From NCBI GenBank assembly GCA_964575745.1, contig CAZNRO010000006.1:1-33047 (forward strand): DNA of 33,047 nucleotides. The letters run 5' to 3'. Shown here piece by piece: positions 9,143-16,930 of the stretch; position 1 is the stretch's first letter, and each line of letters opens with the position of its first letter. Position numbers and translations under genes: made by a program. The DNA comes from an uncultured Caldisericota bacterium (GTDB lineage: Bacteria; Caldisericota; Caldisericia; B22-G15). The notes beneath the pieces are model-generated. The model worked only from the letters and a program-made list of their open reading frames with translations. It was not told where the DNA came from and made no database searches.

Positions 9143-10147
9143 AAGGTTTTCTTCAAAAGGTGGATAAGCAACACCTTTTTCCGTTATTATTGCTGTTATG
9201 TTCTCGTGAGGCGTCACATCAAAAGCTGGATTGAATACTTTGGTTCCATCCACTGCAATTTGAATGTCTTTTATGTGAGTTATCTCTTTAGGATTTCTCT
9301 CCTCAATGGGGATTTCATCTCCACTCTCAAGGGAGAGGTCTATACTTGAGAATGGTGCAGCAATGTAGAAAGGTATCCCATTTTCCCTTGCAAGCACAGA
9401 GAGTGTGTATGTGCCTATCTTATTTGCCGTATCCCCGTTTCTTGCAATTCTATCTGCTCCAACTATTACCGCATCCACCTTCTTTAATTTCATAACCCAT
9501 CCTGCCATTGAATCTGTTATAAGTGTTGAAGGGATTCCTTCTTTAACCAACTCAAGGCCAGTGAGTCTTGCTCCCTGAAGGTACGGTCTTGTTTCAGTAT
9601 AGAAGACCTGAATCCTCTTTCCAGCTCTTTTTGTAAACTTTATTACCCCAAGGGCAGTTCCAGGGCCAAGGGTTGCAAGAGAACCAGTATTACAGTGAGT
9701 TAAAAAGGTAGTTCCATCTGGGAATAACTTTTCTCCAAACTGAGATATCTTTATACACTTCTCCTCTTCCTCTTTTTCTATTTTAATAGCCTCATTTCTT
9801 ATAATCTCTTTTATATCAGGCTCGTTAAGATTCTCCTTTAAAACTCTCTCCATTCTCTCAAGAGCCCATTTTAAGTTTACAGCGGTTGGTCTTGCTGAAA
9901 GTAGTTTATCCTTTATCTCAGTGTATCTATCACCTATCTCCTCTTCTTTTAATTCTTTTATTCCAAGATAAAATCCATAGCCTGCTGTTACTCCTATAAC
10001 AGGGGCTCCCCTCGTTTTCATTTCTTTTATAGCCAGATACACATCCATATATGTTTTGCACTCAACATACTCAAATTTATGGGGGAGAAGTCTTTGATCA
10101 AGTACAATGAGCCTATCACCTTTCCATTCTATTGGTTTAATATCCAT
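9122..10147 (-). CDS. mtnA: Methylthioribose-1-phosphate isomerase (eIF-2B alpha/beta/delta-like family)
   Basis: 341 aa. RGAPVIGVTAGYG, HCNTGSLATLGPGTALGVI, VGADRIARNGDTANKIGTY. AGGAGG SD 5 nt upstream of the ATG. Confidence 0.85.
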   Translation of the reverse strand: MDIKPIEWKGDRLIVLDQRLLPHKFEYVECKTYMDVYLAIKEMKTRGAPVIGVTAGYGFYLGIKELKEEEIGDRYTEIKDKLLSARPTAVNLKWALERMERVLKENLNEPDIKEIIRNEAIKIEKEEEEKCIKISQFGEKLFPDGTTFLTHCNTGSLATLGPGTALGVIKFTKRAGKRIQVFYTETRPYLQGARLTGLELVKEGIPSTLITDSMAGWVMKLKKVDAVIVGADRIARNGDTANKIGTYTLSVLARENGIPFYIAAPFSSIDLSLESGDEIPIEERNPKEITHIKDIQIAVDGTKVFNPAFDVTPHENITAIITEKGVAYPPFEENLLKLSKS

Positions 10148-10176
10148 TCCCGACCTCCTAAAGAGAGTTTAAAAAC

Positions 10177-10185
10177 ATAATATCA
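10177..10185 (-). promoter_or_regulatory. Putative extended -10 promoter (TGATATTAT) for mtnA
   Basis: On the minus strand, TGaTATTAT lies about 30 nt upstream of the mtnA ATG and ahead of the AGGAGG SD. Confidence 0.35.
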
Positions 10186-10336
10186 TAGATTAGAAAAGAG
10201 TTTAAATTTACTCTTTTCTTTAAGACCTCTTTAAACAATTTAGTACCTTTGCAATCTTTATTCTGGACTTAAAATAGTTATAATTGATATGATCAATATG
10301 GAAGATAAAGTAAAAGGAGTGTGAAACCTTTTCATC

Positions 10337-10365
10337 TTGATTTTTATAGCATCCCTCTTTATAAT
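10337..10365 (+). promoter_or_regulatory. Near-consensus sigma70 promoter (TTGATT-N17-TATAAT) ending 6 nt before ATG 10372
   Basis: TTGATT at 10337-10342, a 17-nt spacer, TATAAT at 10360-10365, then GAAAAT and ATG 10372. There is no SD in between. Confidence 0.5.
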
Positions 10366-10371
10366 GAAAAT

Positions 10372-11190
10372 ATGAGCACAGAAGTTTTTTCCAGATACTT
10401 TAATTATGCAAAGGGGATAATCACTGTAATAGTTGTTTTCCTCATCATTAAATATATCCTCAATTACATAAAAAGAAAGATTATTACCTCTACAGAGAAG
10501 AAGAAAAAGAGAGGTTGGCAGAAAAGACTGACCCTTATAAAGCTTTTCTTTTCTCTATCAGATTACCTTCTCATTTTTCTCTTCATCTGGTACATACTCA
10601 AGGTCTTTAATGTTGATACAACTCCGCTTCTTGCTATCACGAGCGTTGGAGGAATAGCCATAGGTTTTGCCGGTCAGACCTTCTTTAAGGACGCCATTTC
10701 AGGCATGTTTATTTTGCTTGAGGATTACTTTTCAGTGGGAGATTTTGTGGAGATTGGTGATGTATCAGGCACTGTGGAAGAGATAGGAATAAGGACAACA
10801 AAGATAAGAAACTATGAAGGAAAACTTTTCCTTATCCCCAACGGAGAGATAAGGAGTGTGATAAAGTATGATGTGGGAGATCAATTTACTGTTGTTGAAC
10901 TTCCCATATCCTACGAATCAGATATTGACAGGGCAAAGGAAGTTATTATGAATATAGGAGATAAACTTATAGAGGAAAATGTAATCCTTGATAAGCCGAA
11001 AATTCTTGGAGTTAACGAACTTGGGGATTCTTCAATTATTATAAAAGTCCTCGCCAAAGTTGACAAAGGTATGAGGTGGTCTGCAAGAAGAAAATTCCTT
11101 GAGGAGGCAAAGAAGGCATTTGATAAGGAAGGTATTGAAATTCCTTATAATAGAATGGTTGTTTATATAAAGAACGAAAAAGAGAAATGA
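10372..11190 (+). CDS. Small-conductance mechanosensitive channel (MscS family)
   Basis: 272 aa from ATG 10372. N-terminal TM helices and the pore-helix/beta-domain signature GFAGQTFFKDAISGMFILLEDYFSVGDFVEI..GTVEEIGIRTTKIRN. The GTG at 10321 in the ORF track has GGAG only 1 nt upstream and would read through the promoter, so I prefer 10372. Confidence 0.85.
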   Translation: MSTEVFSRYFNYAKGIITVIVVFLIIKYILNYIKRKIITSTEKKKKRGWQKRLTLIKLFFSLSDYLLIFLFIWYILKVFNVDTTPLLAITSVGGIAIGFAGQTFFKDAISGMFILLEDYFSVGDFVEIGDVSGTVEEIGIRTTKIRNYEGKLFLIPNGEIRSVIKYDVGDQFTVVELPISYESDIDRAKEVIMNIGDKLIEENVILDKPKILGVNELGDSSIIIKVLAKVDKGMRWSARRKFLEEAKKAFDKEGIEIPYNRMVVYIKNEKEK

Positions 11191-12125
11191 ATCAATCTAA
11201 GGCAGGCTCTTTAATCATGTATCCAGCTTACCTTTCTCTTGGTTTTAAAGAGGTAGAAAGAAGGGGAGAGGAGCTTTTTGATAGACTCAAAAGATGTGAT
11301 ATATGCCCAAGGAACTGCTTTGTGGACAGGCTTTCAGGTAAAAGAGGAATATGTAGAAGTGATTATAGATTGATGATTTCATCCTATAATCTTCACTTTG
11401 GTGAAGAACCCCCTATTTCTGGCTGGAGAGGTTCAGGAACAATCTTTCTTACAAACTGCCCCTTAAGGTGTAAATTTTGCCAGAATTATCCCATAAGCCA
11501 ACTTGAGAATGGGAGGGTTTATGAAATAGAGGAGCTATCAGACATGATGCTCTATCTTCAGAGAAGAGGAGCGCATAATATAAACTTTGTAACCCCAACT
11601 CACCATCTACCCCATATCCTTCTTGCCCTATCATTGGCAATGAAGAAAGGGCTTAAGATTCCTATTGTTTACAATACATCAGGTTATGAAAAAGTTGAGA
11701 TACTTCGCTATCTTGACGGAATCGTTGATATTTACCTTCCAGATGCAAAATACAGTAATAATGAGCTTGCAAAGAGACTATCTCTTGCATACGATTATCC
11801 TGAAGTGAACAGACTTGCCCTAAAGGAGATGGCAAAACAGGTTAGAAACCTCAAGCTTAATAAAGATGGACTTGCAATAAGAGGGCTTATAGTAAGGCAC
11901 CTTGTTCTTCCAAACAATGTTGAAAATTCTAAAGGGGTTCTTAATATGATAAAAGAGGAGATTGGAACATGGGTTACAATATCCCTTATGTCTCAATACT
12001 TCCCAACATTCAGAGCATTAAGTGATAATATGGTAAATAGGAAGATAACCAATGAAGAATATGAAGAGGTTGTTAAATACATGGAATTTCTTGGATTTAA
12101 AAATGGTTGGGTTCAACCAATATAA
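11187..12125 (+). CDS. Radical SAM protein, PflX-like (homolog of pyruvate formate-lyase activase; substrate unknown)
   Basis: 312 aa. CPLRCKFCQNYPIS (CxxxCxxC radical-SAM motif) preceded by the Cys-rich CDICPRNCFVDRLSGKRGIC. The start overlaps the mscS stop (ATGA). An alternative start is ATG 11217 (MYPAYL). Confidence 0.85.
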   Translation: MNQSKAGSLIMYPAYLSLGFKEVERRGEELFDRLKRCDICPRNCFVDRLSGKRGICRSDYRLMISSYNLHFGEEPPISGWRGSGTIFLTNCPLRCKFCQNYPISQLENGRVYEIEELSDMMLYLQRRGAHNINFVTPTHHLPHILLALSLAMKKGLKIPIVYNTSGYEKVEILRYLDGIVDIYLPDAKYSNNELAKRLSLAYDYPEVNRLALKEMAKQVRNLKLNKDGLAIRGLIVRHLVLPNNVENSKGVLNMIKEEIGTWVTISLMSQYFPTFRALSDNMVNRKITNEEYEEVVKYMEFLGFKNGWVQPI

Positions 12126-12136
12126 AGGAGGGTAAA

Positions 12137-12937
12137 ATGCCAAGAAAAAAGAGAAAAACCATCTCTGAATTAATTTCCCTTAAGGGGAGAAAAACCCTTA
12201 TAACAGGTGCAGCCTCTGGAATAGGCGAGGCTATAGCATTAAGGTTTGCAGAAGCAGGAAGTAATCTTGAGCTCGTTGATATAAATGAGGAGCTATTAAA
12301 GAAGGTTGAGAAGGATCTTAAAAAGTATAAAGTTGAGGTGAATACCCATATAGTTGATTTAACCAAATGGAAGGAGATTGATAAACTCTGGGACAAACTG
12401 AAAGGAAAAGAACCTGAGATTCTTGTTAACAATGCCGGAGTTTACCCATTCAAAAAATTTCTTGAAGTGGATAGACGCTTTATTGAGAAGGTTTTCAGTT
12501 TGAACTTCGAGTCTGTCTTTAGAATGTGTCAGAAGATGATAAAAGGAAGACTTAACAAAGGCGGAGTTATAGTAAATATAGCATCCATTGAAGCAATTAC
12601 TCCCTTTAAAAACGATCTGTCAGTTTATAGTGCAAGTAAGGGTGGAGTGATAACTCTTACAAGAACCCTTGCCAAAGAATTTGGAAAGAAATTCAGAGTA
12701 AACGCCGTTGTTCCCGGTGGAATTATGACCCAGACCACAAAGGAGCTTGCAAAGAAACTCTACAAACTTGAGGGAGAGTTTATAAAGGCAGGAATAGAGT
12801 ACATGTGGAGACTCCCCTTTACGAGACTTGGAGACCCAGATGAGGTGGCAAGGATTGTCCTTGTTCTTTCAAGTGACCTATCCACATATGTCAACGGCAC
12901 CCTTGTTGTAGTTGACGGAGGCTTCCTCTCCGCATAA
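12137..12937 (+). CDS. Short-chain dehydrogenase/reductase (classical SDR)
   Basis: 266 aa from ATG 12137, preceded by an AGGAGG SD at 12127-12132. TGAASGIGEA cofactor motif, NNAG, and the YSASKGG catalytic motif. Confidence 0.9.
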   Translation: MPRKKRKTISELISLKGRKTLITGAASGIGEAIALRFAEAGSNLELVDINEELLKKVEKDLKKYKVEVNTHIVDLTKWKEIDKLWDKLKGKEPEILVNNAGVYPFKKFLEVDRRFIEKVFSLNFESVFRMCQKMIKGRLNKGGVIVNIASIEAITPFKNDLSVYSASKGGVITLTRTLAKEFGKKFRVNAVVPGGIMTQTTKELAKKLYKLEGEFIKAGIEYMWRLPFTRLGDPDEVARIVLVLSSDLSTYVNGTLVVVDGGFLSA

Positions 12938-12996
12938 GTTTTAATGGAGTAGTTTCCCTTTTTTGATTTTAAATTCCTGGTTCAGGTAACTGAATT

Positions 12997-13024
12997 TTGA
13001 AAATTTTATTTTTTATTGTATAGT
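12997..13024 (+). promoter_or_regulatory. Putative promoter (TTGAAA-N16-TATAGT) driving the FMN riboswitch leader
   Basis: TTGAAA at 12997-13002 and TATAGT at 13019-13024, about 15 nt upstream of the first aptamer helix. Confidence 0.4.
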
Positions 13025-13039
13025 AATTATGATAAAAAA

Positions 13040-13197
13040 CCTTCGGGGTCGGGTGGAATTCCCTACCGGTGGTAATGGGTCCTTTTGGGCCTTAGCCCAC
13101 GAGCCTCCCTAAGGGGAGGCAGATTCAGGTGAGATTCCTGAGCCGACGGTGAAAGTCCGGATGGGAGAAGGTTCCCTCCCCGAAGACGAAGGAGGGA
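13040..13197 (+). promoter_or_regulatory. FMN riboswitch (RFN element) with an SD-sequestering expression platform
   Basis: Matches the RFN core: CCTTCGGGGTCGGGTGGAATTCCCTACCGGTGGTAA...AGCCCACGAGC...GATTCAGGTGAGATTCCTGAGCCGACGGTGAAAGTCCGGATGGGAGAAGG. P1 pairs CCTTC (13040-13044) with GAAGG (about 13167-13171). Downstream, TCCCTCC (13173-13179) can pair with the SD GGAGGGA (13191-13197). Confidence 0.93.
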
Positions 13198-13201
13198 TTT
13201 T

Positions 13202-13747
13202 ATGAAGAAGAGTCTTCGTGATCTTATGTATGGGGCTTTGCTTTCAGCCCTTGCTTTTGTTTCCATGTATCTAATTCAGTTTCCAATCTTTCCAGCTGCA
13301 CCGTTCCTTCAGTTTGATCCATCAGAGATCTTCTCTCTCTTTGCAGCTTTCTTTATTTCTCCATTGATGGGTGTTCTTGTTACCCTTGTGAAGGTGATTC
13401 TCTTTTATCTTGTAAAGCAGAGCGGAGGCATTATCGGCTCAATACTGAATTTTCTTGCAGTTGCAAGTTTTGTGTATGTAGCTGGTGTACTTTACGGAAA
13501 AAGAAAGAGTTTTCTCCTGGCACTTATTATGGGAACCCTTGTTAGAGTTCTCGTGATGATTCCATCAAACATTTTCTTCCTCCCCTTATACCTTGGAGTC
13601 CCTGTAAAGGATGTGGCTGTTTATCTCTACTCAATCAATATCCCATTTAATGTAATTGTGAGTGCCATAAACGGTTTCCTGTTTGTTATAATTGTTTATA
13701 GTTTAAGGAGGATTCCTGAACTCAAAAAGATACTGGGTAATGCTTAA
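13202..13747 (+). CDS. ribU: Riboflavin transporter, ECF-type S component (RibU-like)
   Basis: 181 aa with six TM segments. LQFDPSEIFSLFAAFFISPLMG resembles the RibU L(K/Q)FDxSxIP signature. It lies directly behind the FMN riboswitch. Confidence 0.85.
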   Translation: MKKSLRDLMYGALLSALAFVSMYLIQFPIFPAAPFLQFDPSEIFSLFAAFFISPLMGVLVTLVKVILFYLVKQSGGIIGSILNFLAVASFVYVAGVLYGKRKSFLLALIMGTLVRVLVMIPSNIFFLPLYLGVPVKDVAVYLYSINIPFNVIVSAINGFLFVIIVYSLRRIPELKKILGNA

Positions 13748-15446
13748 CGAAAAGGAGCTCCTCTCCTTAAAGAAACCTGCAAGATATATAGGAGAGGAGT
13801 GGAATGAGGTAAAGAAAGATTGGGATAATAAAATCAGGGTAGTACTTTCCTACCCTGATTTTTATGAGGTGGGAATGTCCAATCTCGGGCTCTCCATTCT
13901 CTATCACCTTATAAATGGGAGAAGAGATTCTCTATGTGAAAGGGTGTTCCTTCCTGATATAGATTTGGAAAAGCTTCTAATTAAGAAAGACATCCCTCTA
14001 TTTTCCCTTGAATCCAAAAAACCCGTTAAAAATTTTCATATCTTTGGAGTTAGTATTCAAACAGAGTTAACATACACGAATTTTTTAAACCTTTTGTATC
14101 TCTCAAAGATTCCTATTTACTCAAGGGACAGGAAGGATTTCCCTGTGGTTATAGTTGGAGGACCATCAGCCTTAAATCCTATGCCTCTTTTACCTTTTGT
14201 TGATGCTTTTGTCATTGGCGAAGGCGAAGAGGTTGTAGGAGAAATAATTGACGAGTTTGTTTTGGACAGAGAAGAATTCCTAAAGAGGATTTCAAATATA
14301 AGAGGGGTTTTCGTCCCAAAATTTGGAATAAAAAAGATAGAGAAGAGGTATGTAAAGGATCTTGATAAAACATACTTCCCGATAAAACCCATAGTTCCAT
14401 ATGTAGAGCTTATTCATGAGAGAGCTACTGTTGAGATATTTAGGGGTTGTGATAGAGGTTGCAGGTTCTGCATATCTGGGATGGAAAAAAGACCAAGGAG
14501 AGAAAGGAGCGTTAAAGACATACTTTCTTTAATGCAAAAGATACTTAAAAATACTGGATTTGAAGAGGTTTCTCTTCTTTCTCTCTCCACATCTGACTAT
14601 TCAAACATCCTTCCACTTGTTGAAGGCTTAAGAAAGATTACAGATGAGAAAAAGATATCCATCTCCCTTCCCTCTCTAAGGATTGATAACTTTTCCCTTA
14701 AGATACTTGATATTATAGATACGGGGAGGAAAACAACCCTTACCTTTGCACCTGAGGCAGGCACTGAGAGGTTAAGGGATGTTATAAATAAACCCATCAA
14801 AGATGATGACATTTTTTCTGTTGTAAGGGAAGCAGTTAAGAGAGGGTGGAGGAAGATAAAGTTTTACTTTATGATCGGTTTACCCACAGAGACCATGGAG
14901 GATATAGAGGGAATAGTAAATATCGTAAAAAGAATAAGAAGAGAAAATGGAAATATTTCCCTCCACCTTTCCATAAACCCATTTATCCCAAAACCGTTTA
15001 CTCCTTTCCAGTGGGAAGGATTTATGCCTAAAGAGGATTATCTCTCTAAAAAGCGTTTCCTTAAAAGAAGTATAAAAGGTGCAAAAATTTCATTTAGGGG
15101 ATGGGAGGAATCTTTTATCGAAGCTATTCTTTCAAGAGGTAATGAAAAATTGTCCAGTGTAATTTATAATGTGTGGAGCATGGGTGGAAAATATGAGACA
15201 TGGAGTGAAAAGTTCAATTTTAATTTGTGGGAAAAGAGCTTTGAAGGAAAAAAGGAGCTTTACAGAAAAATTCTTGAAGGTTTTGATGAGGATGAGGCCC
15301 TTCCGTGGGATTTTATAGATATAGGTATAAACAAAGGTTTCCTTAGGGTTGAAAGAAAAAGGGCAAGGATGGGAAAGGTAACCTATCCATGTTTTGGTGA
15401 TTTAAAAAAATGCACAGGATGTGGAATATGCTTCAGAGGATGGTAA
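13740..15446 (+). CDS. Radical SAM protein of the TIGR03960 family (B12-binding-like N-domain; function unknown)
   Basis: 568 aa. N-terminus LKKPARYIGEEWNEV, a radical-SAM cluster site in EIFRGCDRGCRFCISG, and a C-terminal CxxCxxC (CTGCGIC). The start overlaps the ribU stop by 8 nt. Confidence 0.9.
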   Translation: MLNEKELLSLKKPARYIGEEWNEVKKDWDNKIRVVLSYPDFYEVGMSNLGLSILYHLINGRRDSLCERVFLPDIDLEKLLIKKDIPLFSLESKKPVKNFHIFGVSIQTELTYTNFLNLLYLSKIPIYSRDRKDFPVVIVGGPSALNPMPLLPFVDAFVIGEGEEVVGEIIDEFVLDREEFLKRISNIRGVFVPKFGIKKIEKRYVKDLDKTYFPIKPIVPYVELIHERATVEIFRGCDRGCRFCISGMEKRPRRERSVKDILSLMQKILKNTGFEEVSLLSLSTSDYSNILPLVEGLRKITDEKKISISLPSLRIDNFSLKILDIIDTGRKTTLTFAPEAGTERLRDVINKPIKDDDIFSVVREAVKRGWRKIKFYFMIGLPTETMEDIEGIVNIVKRIRRENGNISLHLSINPFIPKPFTPFQWEGFMPKEDYLSKKRFLKRSIKGAKISFRGWEESFIEAILSRGNEKLSSVIYNVWSMGGKYETWSEKFNFNLWEKSFEGKKELYRKILEGFDEDEALPWDFIDIGINKGFLRVERKRARMGKVTYPCFGDLKKCTGCGICFRGW

Positions 15447-15456
15447 AATAAGTGAG

Positions 15457-16074
15457 ATGAGGATAAGAGTGGAGTATAGAAAGGAAGGAGCACTTATATA
15501 TATCTCCCACCTTGATCTTGTAAGGGTCTGGGAGAGACTTTTAAGAAGGACAGATCTTCCCTTAAGATTTACAGAAGGTTTTAATCCACGAGTTAAAATG
15601 GATTTTTGTCCACCTCTTCCCATGGGGGTAGCAGGTGAGAACGAGGTAATGGATTTTTATCTTATAAAAGATGTTGAGCTTGATGAAATAAGTAGAAGAG
15701 TAAATGAAAATACTCCAGATGGAATGAAAATAAATAGGGTTAGAATTGCACCCGACAATTCCCCTTCACTCTTCTCCCTTACGACACATCTGGAGATAGA
15801 ATTTTTTGGAAAAACTATCAAAGATTTAAATCTAAAGGATTTAACTATAACAAGAGAAAACAAGAAAGGGAAGAAGAGAGAGGTAGAGCTTGACAAACTC
15901 ATTGTCCTTGAAAAGAATGAAAGAGAGGGTAAGAGAATTATTATAAAAAATGAAGGGGTTGGACTTTCGGATATAATAAAGTTCCTGAACGAGAAAAATT
16001 GTATTGATAAAGTCATTAGAAAAAATCTTCTAATAGATATAGGAGGAAAGTTTGTCCCACTCTTTGGAATATGA
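15457..16074 (+). CDS. Radical-SAM-linked protein (DUF2344 / TIGR03936 family)
   Basis: 205 aa from ATG 15457. MRIRVEYRKEGALIYISHLDLVRVWERLLRRTDLPLRFTEGFNPRVKMDF is the family signature. This protein is usually fused to or adjacent to TIGR03960. Confidence 0.85.
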   Translation: MRIRVEYRKEGALIYISHLDLVRVWERLLRRTDLPLRFTEGFNPRVKMDFCPPLPMGVAGENEVMDFYLIKDVELDEISRRVNENTPDGMKINRVRIAPDNSPSLFSLTTHLEIEFFGKTIKDLNLKDLTITRENKKGKKREVELDKLIVLEKNEREGKRIIIKNEGVGLSDIIKFLNEKNCIDKVIRKNLLIDIGGKFVPLFGI

Positions 16075-16930
16075 TCTCACTGTTTTTGGAAGTTTCAGCT
16101 TTGATTTAATTGAAACAGCCTCTGGAGAAAAAGTTGAGTGCGCAGGGGGTAGTGGAAACTACTTTTCTCTCTCTGCCTATCTTGCTGGAGCAAGTGTTGT
16201 GCCGGTAGGGTATTTCTCCAATAGGATTGGAGAGAATATTCTTGAAAAAATAGAGAGAAAGCTTCCCCTTGTATACCTTAAGAGAGATGGGGATATATCA
16301 TTTCACATAAGATATGACGAAAACTGGAATGACCATTACTTAAAAGATATTGATAGAGATATTGAAATTTTTGATTATAAGGCTATTCCTGAAACTCCCT
16401 TTGTTCATGTAGCGGTTATATCAAATGAGAGGCATCAACTTGAGATTTTAAAGTATTTCAAAGAAAAGGGTAGTTTCGTTTCGTCTGGCACCTATCTTTT
16501 GAGGATAAAGAGAGAGAAAAAGAATGTCCTTAATACTATAGAGGTATCTGATTTATTTTTCCTGAATAGACTTGAAGCACTGAGTCTTTCTGGTTCCCAT
16601 AGTTTCGACGATGTGCTATCTTTCTTCTCAAAAATGAACAGGATGATAGTTATAACAAAAGGAAAGGACGGAGCGGTTTTTGTGAATGGAAAAAAGATTT
16701 ATGAAGTTAACTGTGTTCAACCTGAAAGAGTTAGAGATGTTACAGGAGCTGGAGAATCCTTTGCCGGAGGCTTTATCGGTTCGTTTATAAGGTATAGAGA
16801 CCCCTTACTTTCCTTAAAGTTTGGTTCAACCCTTTCATCATTCGTTATTGAGGATTTTGGTATAAACAGGCTTCTTGAGATAGAAAGGGAGGATGTAATG
16901 AAAAGATTGAAGGAGGTATACGGTGATTAG
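16052..16930 (+). CDS. PfkB-family (ribokinase-like) carbohydrate/nucleoside kinase
   Basis: 292 aa. TTG start 5 nt after an AGGAGG SD (16041-16046). Has the AGGSGNY N-terminal motif. The C-terminal motif DVTGAGESFAGGF has Glu where the family's usual GAGD has Asp. Confidence 0.85.
   Translation: MSHSLEYDLTVFGSFSFDLIETASGEKVECAGGSGNYFSLSAYLAGASVVPVGYFSNRIGENILEKIERKLPLVYLKRDGDISFHIRYDENWNDHYLKDIDRDIEIFDYKAIPETPFVHVAVISNERHQLEILKYFKEKGSFVSSGTYLLRIKREKKNVLNTIEVSDLFFLNRLEALSLSGSHSFDDVLSFFSKMNRMIVITKGKDGAVFVNGKKIYEVNCVQPERVRDVTGAGESFAGGFIGSFIRYRDPLLSLKFGSTLSSFVIEDFGINRLLEIEREDVMKRLKEVYGD

Noticed and set aside
10321-10371. GTG 10321 as the mscS start, and the mini-ORF 10289-10324 (MINMEDKVKGV).
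   Set aside because: The SD is 1 nt from the GTG. A near-consensus promoter lies inside the extension and ends 6 nt before ATG 10372. The mini-ORF has no supporting signal.
13063-13266. A 67-aa minus-strand ORF.
   Set aside because: It lies antisense across the FMN riboswitch aptamer and the ribU start. The riboswitch explains the conservation-like structure of this stretch.
11187-16074. The possibility that the two radical SAM genes mark a RiPP or other peptide-modification cluster.
   Set aside because: There is no small precursor-like ORF, SPASM/twitch domain, protease/exporter pair or leader-peptide signature next to either gene. Both belong to broadly conserved non-RiPP families.
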